Below, in pieces: positions 27,358 through 35,551 of a DNA stretch of 64,000 bases (position 1 is the stretch's first letter; every line of letters begins with the position of its first letter). The notes under the pieces are model-generated. The model searched no databases. It had not been told where the DNA came from and saw nothing but the letters and a program-made list of their open reading frames with translations. The stretch is from contig OZ253560.1 of assembly GCA_965262815.1 (NCBI GenBank), positions 2,313,158 through 2,377,157 on the forward strand, written 5' to 3'. A program made the position numbers and the translations under genes. The stretch is from a bacterium. GTDB lineage: Bacteria; JAAXHH01.

Positions 27358-28080
27358 CTAACCGGATCGCAGTTCTACCGGTTCAAGTTCCGCAATCTCT
27401 CCATGGGTGAGTGCGCGCCACTTGCCGGGGGGAAGGGCCTGATCCGCAAGACCCCCCAGGCGCACTCGTACCAGTCGAAGCACCGGATGACCTACACGGT
27501 CGCACATCCTCCGAATCTGGCGTTTGCGTCCCTCGTGGATCACTATCGAAAGCCAGGCGCCGGTTTTTGTGCTGCGAAGCACTTCCACGCTCGCGGTCGC
27601 CGTGGTTCTGCCCTCGATGGAGACGCCTTCTCTCAGTCGACGCAACACGCCTTCCCGCGGCACGCCACTGATTTGTACGTGGTATTCCTTTTCGACGCCG
27701 AACCTGGGATGGGTCAGTTTGTAGCCCAGTGAACCGTCATTGGTAAAGAGCAAAAGGCCTTCCGAATCCCGGTCCAGCCTTCCTACCGGAAAAACCCGTT
27801 CGGGTATACCCTGGATCAACGAGGCGACCGTAGGTCTCTTAAAGGGGTCGTACAGCGTGGTCAGGTACCCGGCCGGTTTGTTCAGCAGGTAGCACCTCCG
27901 GGGCGCCGACGCGTTCAACGGACTGTCATCGACGGTAACCACATCGGAATCGGGCTGTACCTGGGTTGCCAGGGATACGACCGTCTCCCCATTCAGTTTC
28001 ACCCGGCCGGAGACGATCATCGATTCGCTGTGCCTTCGGGAGGCTACACCCGCCTGGGCCATGAACTTATTCAGTCTCAT
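27358..28080 (-). CDS. Pseudouridine synthase, RsuA/RluB family
   Basis: N-terminal S4 domain MRLNKFMAQAGVASRR and catalytic GRLDRDSEGLLL. The track start is 28101. Confidence 0.85.
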   Translation of the reverse strand: MRLNKFMAQAGVASRRHSESMIVSGRVKLNGETVVSLATQVQPDSDVVTVDDSPLNASAPRRCYLLNKPAGYLTTLYDPFKRPTVASLIQGIPERVFPVGRLDRDSEGLLLFTNDGSLGYKLTHPRFGVEKEYHVQISGVPREGVLRRLREGVSIEGRTTATASVEVLRSTKTGAWLSIVIHEGRKRQIRRMCDRVGHPVLRLVRVRLGGLADQALPPGKWRALTHGEIAELEPVELRSG

Positions 28081-28753
28081 CTGTCGATACGACCGTATCA
28101 TCGGTTTCGGGGACCGTTCGCCCCGGGCTCGGGAACAACGCCTGGTCGGGCACCTCCTCTTCTTCCGTCAACACGATATCCTGGTCCTTCAGCAATTCGT
28201 TCAATTCGTCCAGCTTCGGCAGGTCCAAGAGCTGATTCAGCCCGAAATACTTGAGAAAATCACCTGTTGTCGCATAGAGTATCGGCCGGCCGACTCCTTC
28301 ACCTCTTCCGGCGATGCGGATGAGGTTACGGTCCAGCAACGTCCTCAGCACGCCGTCCACGTTCACCCCCCTGATCGCTTCCACTTCGGTACGGCTGATG
28401 GGCTGTTTGTAAGCGACGATCGACAGGCATTCCAGGGCAGCCTGGGTCAGGCGCGAAGGAATCCTCCCTCGATACAGGCGGCGTATCCATTTCGCGTAAG
28501 CCGTCCTGCTGCTGAACTGGTAACCACTCGCCACGAGCCGGATCTCGAAACCGTGAGCGCCTTTTTCATACCTTTCGTTCAACTCGTCTATGCAACGACC
28601 GATCAGTTCCTCGCCGACATCGTCCATGATGCGGCTGAGTTCCTTCAGGCTCAACGGCGTGTCGCTGGCGAACAGCACCGCCTCGGTGATCGCCCGGTAT
28701 TCATCCAGTTGCGCTTCGTCCATGATCAGTTTCTTTTGCATCCAGCCTGCCAC
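28067..28753 (-). CDS. scpB: Segregation and condensation protein B
   Basis: 228 aa with ...EAVLFAS..PLS...L........YEIRLVASGYQFSS... in a ScpB layout, downstream of scpA. Confidence 0.85.
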   Translation of the reverse strand: MAGWMQKKLIMDEAQLDEYRAITEAVLFASDTPLSLKELSRIMDDVGEELIGRCIDELNERYEKGAHGFEIRLVASGYQFSSRTAYAKWIRRLYRGRIPSRLTQAALECLSIVAYKQPISRTEVEAIRGVNVDGVLRTLLDRNLIRIAGRGEGVGRPILYATTGDFLKYFGLNQLLDLPKLDELNELLKDQDIVLTEEEEVPDQALFPSPGRTVPETDDTVVSTDETE

Positions 28754-28754
28754 C

Positions 28755-29519
28755 TCACGACGAAGGATTCACCGAATCTGACAGGGTCAGCCAGATCTCT
28801 CCCAGGGAATCGGTCTGCTCGAACACCACCCGGTTCTGCCGGATCAGTTCCAGTAGAGCAAGGAACGTAATGATCAAAAAGGACCTGGAGAGGTCTTCCT
28901 GGAACAACGAACTGAAGAACAGATTCTTGCGTTTCTTCAGATTGCCGAGGATATCGTCCATACGGTCCTCGATCGAAATCGACTCGCGCTCCACGGTCCG
29001 GTCGAAATCGTCCGCGGCCCGGTCCAGCGTGAACTTGAAAGCCTGGAGCAGGTCCCAGAGATTCAGATTGCCCGCCAGGCGGGTGTCGAGCGTTTCCACG
29101 CCGTTCATTTCCTCGTCCCAGTTCTCGGCGATGGGATGGTAGAAGACATCCGCGTTGCGGTCCTGGTGCTCATTCAACACGCCCGCCGCTTCTTTGAACT
29201 GACGGTATTCCAGCAATCGCTGTACGAGTTCTTCCCGAGGATCGGCGGCCTCTTCTTCGTCCCCCTCGGGCCTGCGGGGAAGGAGCATCTTCGACTTGAT
29301 GCGCAGCAGTGTGGCGGCCATGAGCAGGTACTCGCTGCCCACCTCGAGATCCAGTAGCTTTAACAGTTCGAGGTACTGCAGGTACTGCTGCGTGACCAGC
29401 GAAATGGGAATATCATAGATATCCACCTCGTGTTCCTTGATGAGGTACAGGAGGAGGTCCAGCGGTCCTTCGAAGTTTTCAAGCTTTACCTGGTAGGTCA
29501 TGGCGAATCGTCCGGTCAT
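28755..29519 (-). CDS. scpA: Segregation and condensation protein A
   Basis: 254 aa with FEGPLDLLLYLIKEHEVDIYDIPI. Confidence 0.9.
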   Translation of the reverse strand: MTGRFAMTYQVKLENFEGPLDLLLYLIKEHEVDIYDIPISLVTQQYLQYLELLKLLDLEVGSEYLLMAATLLRIKSKMLLPRRPEGDEEEAADPREELVQRLLEYRQFKEAAGVLNEHQDRNADVFYHPIAENWDEEMNGVETLDTRLAGNLNLWDLLQAFKFTLDRAADDFDRTVERESISIEDRMDDILGNLKKRKNLFFSSLFQEDLSRSFLIITFLALLELIRQNRVVFEQTDSLGEIWLTLSDSVNPSS

Positions 29520-30034
29520 CAGTTCCTGAGAAAAAGATAGGGGCGCCAGGATTGGTGGTGGATGCCAATAAAATCACGAATGAAGTGTATCCTGGTGGGC
29601 GCCTTGGGTTTGCGATTGAGCGCCATGTTCACTTCTTCCGGCAGCCGATCCCCTTTTTTGTTGTTACACCGTTGACAGGCGCACACCATGTTTTCCCAGC
29701 TGTCCGATCCTCCCAGATACCTGGGCAGGACATGATCCACGGTCAACGGCCCCCGCGTTGTGCTGCAATACTGGCACTGGTGGCCGTCCCGCTTCAGGAT
29801 GTTCTTGCGCGACAGCATGATCCCTTTGTTTGGTATGCGTACGAAGTTCACCAGCCTTACGATGCTGGGCCGGTCGAACAAGTTGTACACACTGCGCACC
29901 GGTTCCGGATACTTGTCAATGATCTCCGCCTTGCGCAGAAAGACGAGTATCACCGCGCGTCTTGCCGTGCATACACTCAAAGGCTCGTAGTTCTGGTTCA
30001 GAACGAGGACATGCTCGCTAACCATGCCTTGCAC
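29519..30034 (-). CDS. HNH endonuclease-domain protein
   Basis: 171 aa with RDGHQCQYC...VDHVLPRYLGGSDSWENMVCACQRCNNKK. Its stop overlaps the scpA start. Confidence 0.85.
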   Translation of the reverse strand: MQGMVSEHVLVLNQNYEPLSVCTARRAVILVFLRKAEIIDKYPEPVRSVYNLFDRPSIVRLVNFVRIPNKGIMLSRKNILKRDGHQCQYCSTTRGPLTVDHVLPRYLGGSDSWENMVCACQRCNNKKGDRLPEEVNMALNRKPKAPTRIHFIRDFIGIHHQSWRPYLFLRN

Positions 30035-30342
30035 GCCTTTCTATACCTGTGTCCTCCCCTGCGAAATGATCCATATCCGAATACGGGAACAATTCCCGGG
30101 AGACCAGCACAATGTAGGATTCTCAAGGACTTACGTCAACAGTTTTCTTGCCAGTGCCAACGGGCGTAAAGGTGCGCAGTAAAAGTGAATTAGACGGATT
30201 TACCTACGGAATTAGACCTTGCTTGCCGAACGTGTCGATTTATTGTAGATTAAGCCGCCGCTGAAGCACAGGCGATAACGTCAGCTCCCACGCAGAACAA
30301 AGTTTTGAACGCCGTACTAAAAACGGTTACCGGAGATCGGGA

Positions 30343-31134
30343 ATGTCACCCTTCGAAGAACTCGTATCCATCATGACCCGGCTCAGGTCGCCGACGGGTT
30401 GTCCCTGGGACAGGGAACAGACGCATCAGACCTTGCGGCCCTACCTGATCGAGGAAGCCTACGAGGTGCTGGACGCGCTGGACAACCGCGACGACGGAGA
30501 CTTCCGGGATGAACTGGGCGATTTGCTCCTCCAGGTCGTATTCCATGCGCAGATCGCCACCGAAGAGCAGCGCTTCGACATAGATGACGTGGCTCGCGCC
30601 ATCAACGACAAGCTCGTCCGGCGGCATCCCCATGTTTTCGGGAATACCCGGGCGGACACGGCCGACGAAGTACTGACCAACTGGGAGAAGATCAAGCGGG
30701 AAGAGAAAGGGGGCAAAGACCGGAAGTCGGTGCTCGATGGCCTCCCGGCCAGTATGCCTGCTCTGCTCCACGCCTACCGCATACAGGAGAAAGTCGCCCG
30801 GGTCAACTTCGACTGGGACGACGTGAAAGCGGTGCTGCTCAAGGTCAGCGAGGAAATAGACGAGGTGAGCAAGGCCCTGGAGCAAGGGGACAAGAAGAAA
30901 ATCGAGGAGGAGATGGGTGACCTGCTGTTCTCCATGGTGAACCTGTCACGGCACCTCAATGTGCCGCCGGAAGACGCCCTGCGCAGGAGCAATGACAAGT
31001 TCATGCGACGGTTCCGGTACATTGAAGCCGCCCTCGAACTCAGGGGAGAAAACCTGGAACGGGCCACCTTCGAGGAATTGGACGCGCTGTGGGAAGAGGC
31101 GAAGCAAAGGGAGTTGGATGGCAACGCCGACTGA
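30343..31134 (+). CDS. mazG: Nucleoside triphosphate pyrophosphohydrolase MazG
   Basis: 263 aa with CPWDREQTH...EEAYE and tandem MazG domains. Confidence 0.9.
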   Translation: MSPFEELVSIMTRLRSPTGCPWDREQTHQTLRPYLIEEAYEVLDALDNRDDGDFRDELGDLLLQVVFHAQIATEEQRFDIDDVARAINDKLVRRHPHVFGNTRADTADEVLTNWEKIKREEKGGKDRKSVLDGLPASMPALLHAYRIQEKVARVNFDWDDVKAVLLKVSEEIDEVSKALEQGDKKKIEEEMGDLLFSMVNLSRHLNVPPEDALRRSNDKFMRRFRYIEAALELRGENLERATFEELDALWEEAKQRELDGNAD

Positions 31135-32242
31135 ATCCGTACTCCAGTTCGGAAGCGGACGGTTCCTCCGCGCCTTCGCCGATCTCTTCATCCATGAGGC
31201 CAGGCAGTCCGGCCAGTCCATAGGCCGGGTCGTCATCGTGCAATCCACGGGCAACGAGCGGGTCCGCCTGTTCAACAAGCAGGACGGCCGATACCGGGTC
31301 CGCGTACGGGGGATACGCAGTGGAAGGCGGGTAGACGAATCCATCGAGGTGGAAAGCGTCTCGAGGGCCCTGAGCGCCCAGGACGATTGGGAAGCCGTAT
31401 TGGCCGTGGGGCGCAATCCTTCCACGGAGATCATCCTCTCCAATGCCTCGGAGATTGGTTACGATGTACCGGAAACGGAGCGTTTGGACGGTTCCCCGCC
31501 GGACTCTTACCCCGGAAAGCTGCTTCGGGTGCTCCTGGACCGCTATGAAAACGGCGGCGCTCCGGTGACCATCATCCCCTGCGAACTGATCGACGGAAAC
31601 GCCGGTGTCTTACGGTGCCTGGTCCGCAAACTGGGCCGTTACCGACGACTCGACGACAGTTTCTTCGAATGGATGGAAGAAGGGGTGACCTGGCTCCATA
31701 CGCTTGTGGACCGGATTACCATCGAACCGCCCCCTGAATTTCCCAATCCCCATGGTGACGGGCTCCTGGCGCTGACCGAGCCCTTTGCCTTCTGGGCTCT
31801 TGAAGACCGGCCGGGCTGCCACGCGTTTATCGAACATCCGGCCCTGGTACGGACGAAGGATGTGCGCCCCTACGCGCTGCGCAAGGTGAGGGTGCTCAAC
31901 GGCGCCCACACGGCGCTGGTGTGCCGGGCCATGCCCATGGGCATAGGTACCGTCCGGGAAGCGGTGGAACACCCGGAAACGGGACCCTGGCTGCGCGACC
32001 TGATGTTGGAAGAAATCGTACCGGCGCTGCCTGGCGAGGTAGAAGACTCCAGGTCCTTCGCGGAAGACTGCATAGAACGGTTCCGGAACCCTTTCCTGGA
32101 CCACCGGCTCGATTCGATCGCGATAGAGCACGAAACCAAGGTGAAGCTGCGTCTTTTGCCGTCCTTCGAAGCGTATTTAGACAAGTTCCATCAAAAACCT
32201 CCCCTGTTGTCCAGCATTCTCCCTGATAAAAAGGGGTTATAA
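31118..32242 (+). CDS. Mannitol dehydrogenase-family oxidoreductase (tagaturonate/altronate reductase-like)
   Basis: The track ORF starts at 30959 inside mazG. ATG 31118 gives MATPTESVLQFGSGRFLRAF, the typical N-terminal Rossmann motif of this family. Confidence 0.7.
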   Translation: MATPTESVLQFGSGRFLRAFADLFIHEARQSGQSIGRVVIVQSTGNERVRLFNKQDGRYRVRVRGIRSGRRVDESIEVESVSRALSAQDDWEAVLAVGRNPSTEIILSNASEIGYDVPETERLDGSPPDSYPGKLLRVLLDRYENGGAPVTIIPCELIDGNAGVLRCLVRKLGRYRRLDDSFFEWMEEGVTWLHTLVDRITIEPPPEFPNPHGDGLLALTEPFAFWALEDRPGCHAFIEHPALVRTKDVRPYALRKVRVLNGAHTALVCRAMPMGIGTVREAVEHPETGPWLRDLMLEEIVPALPGEVEDSRSFAEDCIERFRNPFLDHRLDSIAIEHETKVKLRLLPSFEAYLDKFHQKPPLLSSILPDKKGL

Positions 32243-32246
32243 CCGT

Positions 32247-33266
32247 ATGCCGACCATCGTACTCGAAAAACCCGGTCGTTTTGTGCTTGAAAAAACACCC
32301 GATCCAGCTCCACCCGGTCCCGGGGAGGCGCTGGTGCGCATTCGTCGGGTCGGGATCTGCGGCACGGACCTCCACGCCTTCGAGGGAACGCAGCCGTTTT
32401 TCGACTATCCACGCATCCTGGGGCACGAACTGGGCGTGGATGTCGTCGCGACGGGGCGGGACGTGGCCCATGTTCACCCCGGCGACCAGTGCGCCGTCGT
32501 GCCCTACATGGACTGCGGGGACTGTATACCTTGCCGGATGGGCAAGACGAACTGTTGCGTGAACCTCGACGTCCTGGGCGTTCATGTCGATGGCGGCATG
32601 CGGGACGTCCTGTTGCTGCCCGCGCGGAAACTCCTTCGTTCCGATGTCCTATCGCTCGAGCAGCTTGCCCTGGTGGAGACGCTGGGTATCGGCGCCCACG
32701 CCGTGGACCGCGCCGAACTCAAGAAGGATGAGACAGTCCTACTGATCGGCGCCGGCCCGATCGGCCTGTCCGTGCTGACCTTTGCAACTCTTGCCGGCGT
32801 GCGCGTGATTCTGCTGGAGATCAGCGAAAAGCGGATCGATTTCTGCAAACGGCGATTCGATCTCTTCGAGGTGATATCCGATACCACCGACGTGCCGTCG
32901 AAGCTTCACCAGTTGCTGAACGGCGATCTACCCACCGCCGTCTTCGATGCCACCGGACACCATGAGTCCATGATGCGCGCCCACGAATACGTTTCCAACG
33001 GAGGACGCCTGGTCTACGTCGGTATCACCGGATCGCGACTCTCCTTTGACGGACCCGGTTTCCACCGAAGAGAGATGACCCTGCTTAGCAGCCGGAACTC
33101 CCGCACGGACGACTTGCAAGGGGTCATCGAACACATCGAGTCCGGTCGAATCGACACCTCGCCGTGGATTACCCACACGGCCGGTCCCGAACGCATGATC
33201 GACGATTTTCCCACCTGGCTGGACCCCGGCAGCGGCGTGGTCAAGGCCATCCTAGAAATGGCGTGA
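32247..33266 (+). CDS. Zinc-binding medium-chain dehydrogenase (threonine/sorbitol dehydrogenase-like)
   Basis: 339 aa with GICGTDLH, GHE, the structural-zinc Cys cluster CGDCIPCRMGKTNCC, and GAGPIG. Confidence 0.85.
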   Translation: MPTIVLEKPGRFVLEKTPDPAPPGPGEALVRIRRVGICGTDLHAFEGTQPFFDYPRILGHELGVDVVATGRDVAHVHPGDQCAVVPYMDCGDCIPCRMGKTNCCVNLDVLGVHVDGGMRDVLLLPARKLLRSDVLSLEQLALVETLGIGAHAVDRAELKKDETVLLIGAGPIGLSVLTFATLAGVRVILLEISEKRIDFCKRRFDLFEVISDTTDVPSKLHQLLNGDLPTAVFDATGHHESMMRAHEYVSNGGRLVYVGITGSRLSFDGPGFHRREMTLLSSRNSRTDDLQGVIEHIESGRIDTSPWITHTAGPERMIDDFPTWLDPGSGVVKAILEMA

Positions 33267-33418
33267 GCACGGTCTGCGATAGCGGCATCCCTCCTCGAAC
33301 CCCTTGCATGGACGAAAACTATCGCTTTGTGCAGGTTCGCGGGAATCAGTACCTTGAATATGAGCGCAAGATACCGTATAAACGATTGTCAAAGAGGAGC
33401 AAGCAAAGGAGTAGAACC

Positions 33419-33843
33419 ATGGACAGGCAGACCTTGATAGACAACCTGAATGAAGACTTGGCGGCGGAACTGGGTGCGATCATACAGTTTACCATTTACG
33501 CGGCCAAGGCCAGCGGTCCCTATCGCCCCGAACTGGCAAGGTTCTTCCTCGACGAGGTCCCGGATGAGCAACTGCACGCGCAGTATCTCGCCAACAAGAT
33601 CGTGGTGCTGGGCGGCGAACCCACGACTGTTCCCGGTCCATCAAGGTAAGCGACTCGAATCGGGCCAACCTGGAGACCATGCTGGAGGACGAACGCACGA
33701 TCGTCAAGCGGTACGTTCAGCGCCGCTCCGAGGCGGAGGAGTTCGGCGATTACGGGCTCATGGTCCAGCTGGAAGACATGATACGCGACGAAAGCGGCCA
33801 CGCCGAAGAAGTCGAGCGTATACTCAGGGACTGGTCCCTTTAA
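33419..33843 (+). pseudogene. Bacterioferritin/ferritin-like four-helix-bundle gene interrupted by a frameshift near 33640
   Basis: Part 1 (33419-33649) has E...DEQLH. Part 2 is in another frame (33640-33843: IKVSDS...EDERT...DESGHAEEVERIL). Both ExxH di-iron motifs are kept. SD AAAGGAG lies before 33419. Confidence 0.7.
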
Positions 33844-33870
33844 CACCAACCGCTGCTACCAGGCTACCGT

Positions 33871-34815
33871 ATGATCAGATTTATCTGGAAATGGCTGGTT
33901 CGGTTCGCGGTCGCCGGAGTGGCAGTCCTTGTCGCGGTCCTGGTTTACGCCGCGGTGATCACACGGCCCATGCCTGTGCATTCATTCACGGAAACGGACA
34001 ATCACCTGGTCATCGCACACCGCGGGGGTGCCGGACTGTGGCCGGAAAACACCCTTTACGCCTTCAGGAACGCGGTTGAAATCGGCGCGGACGCCCTGGA
34101 ATTCGACGTGCACGCCACTGGCGACGGTGAACTGGTGGTCCTGCATGACTCCACGGTCGACCGCACCACCAACGGTTCAGGACGCGTCGACGAGATGACG
34201 TGGGAAGCATTACGGGAACTGGACGCGGGCTACCACTGGACCGCGGACGGCGGCGCGAGCTATCCGTACCGGGGGATGGGGTTGAAAGTGCCTTCGCTCG
34301 ACGAGGTGATGTCCGCGCTTCCCGATAGCCGGATGATCATCGAGCTGAAGGGCGTGTCCGAAACCGACAGAGCCCGGTTTTCGAGGGCAATCGAGGCAAG
34401 CCCGCTTCCGGAACGAAAGGTCATCGCTTCGTTTCGGTCCGAAAGTGTCAAGTACATCCGGGCCAACAACCCGGGGATCGCCACGTCGTCCACGGCCGGC
34501 GAAGTGCTTTTATTCTGGGTGCTGAACTCCGCGGGCCTCGGATTCTCTTATGTCCCAAAGGGGGAAACCATGCAGGTACCGCCGAGATTCCAGGGCCTGC
34601 CCCTGGTTACCTCCAGGTTCGTCTCGGGCGCCCACCGCCACAACGTGGACGTGTACGTCTGGACCATCAACAGGGAAGAGGACATGAAACGCCACATCGA
34701 TCACGGCGCCGACGGGATCATTACGGACTTTCCGGATCGTCTCCTGAAGGTGCTGGGAAGAAGTACAGAACTGCCGGACCAGGACCTGCCGCGAGAGGAG
34801 CCGCCATCTCCATGA
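33871..34815 (+). CDS. Glycerophosphodiester phosphodiesterase with N-terminal TM anchor
   Basis: 314 aa with VIAHRGGAG.WPENT...EFDVH.T.DG..VV.HD. Confidence 0.85.
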   Translation: MIRFIWKWLVRFAVAGVAVLVAVLVYAAVITRPMPVHSFTETDNHLVIAHRGGAGLWPENTLYAFRNAVEIGADALEFDVHATGDGELVVLHDSTVDRTTNGSGRVDEMTWEALRELDAGYHWTADGGASYPYRGMGLKVPSLDEVMSALPDSRMIIELKGVSETDRARFSRAIEASPLPERKVIASFRSESVKYIRANNPGIATSSTAGEVLLFWVLNSAGLGFSYVPKGETMQVPPRFQGLPLVTSRFVSGAHRHNVDVYVWTINREEDMKRHIDHGADGIITDFPDRLLKVLGRSTELPDQDLPREEPPSP

Positions 34816-35549
34816 GCGAACAACCGATCCTGGTGGTCCGAGACCTGTCCAAGACTTATGCGAGCGGGGGCGGGACGCTTAACGTGCTTCGTGATATAGA
34901 CTTCGACGTATTACCGGGCGACTCCCTGGCGATCATCGGCCCATCCGGCAGCGGGAAAACGACCCTGCTCGGTCTCTGCGCGGGCCTGGACCGCGCGACC
35001 ACGGGCTCAGTATCGCTGAAGGGCATCGTCCTGGACGATCTCGACGAAGACCAAAGGGCCCGGGTGCGTAACCGCCACGTCGGCTTCGTCTTCCAGAATT
35101 TCCAGCTGATTCCGACCCTCACGACCCTCGAGAATGTCATGGTCCCGGTGGAACTGCGCGGCGAAAAAGGCGTATACGACCTGGGTATGGAATTGCTGGA
35201 GCGTGTGGGGCTGTCCGACCGATCCACGCATTACCCTGTCCAGTTGTCCGGAGGTGAACAACAGCGCGTTGCCCTGGCGAGAGCGTTTATCAACCGGCCT
35301 TCCCTGCTTTTCGTGGACGAGCCCACCGGCAATCTCGACGCCGACACGAGCGCCATGGTGGAAAGCCTGCTCTTCGCATTGAACGAAGAGTCGGGTACGA
35401 CCCTGGTTACGGTGACCCACAACCTCGACCTGGCGCGGAGAACGCAGCGCATCATACGGTTGAGCGGGGGCCGTATCGTCGAGGACTACCAACCGGAAGA
35501 CGCCGGCATCCCTGACATCCACCCCGTATCCCTCTCCTCCGACGGCTAG
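34812..35549 (+). CDS. ABC transporter ATP-binding protein (LolD/YbbA-like)
   Basis: Walker A GPSGSGKT, signature LSGGEQQR and Walker B LLFVDEPT. Confidence 0.9.
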   Translation: MSEQPILVVRDLSKTYASGGGTLNVLRDIDFDVLPGDSLAIIGPSGSGKTTLLGLCAGLDRATTGSVSLKGIVLDDLDEDQRARVRNRHVGFVFQNFQLIPTLTTLENVMVPVELRGEKGVYDLGMELLERVGLSDRSTHYPVQLSGGEQQRVALARAFINRPSLLFVDEPTGNLDADTSAMVESLLFALNEESGTTLVTVTHNLDLARRTQRIIRLSGGRIVEDYQPEDAGIPDIHPVSLSSDG

Positions 35550-35551
35550 AC

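Noticed and set aside
33620-33650. Programmed ribosomal frameshift in the ferritin-like gene
   Set aside because: There is no X-XXY-YYZ slippery heptamer or downstream structure at the junction. A one-base indel (error or pseudogene) is the simpler explanation.
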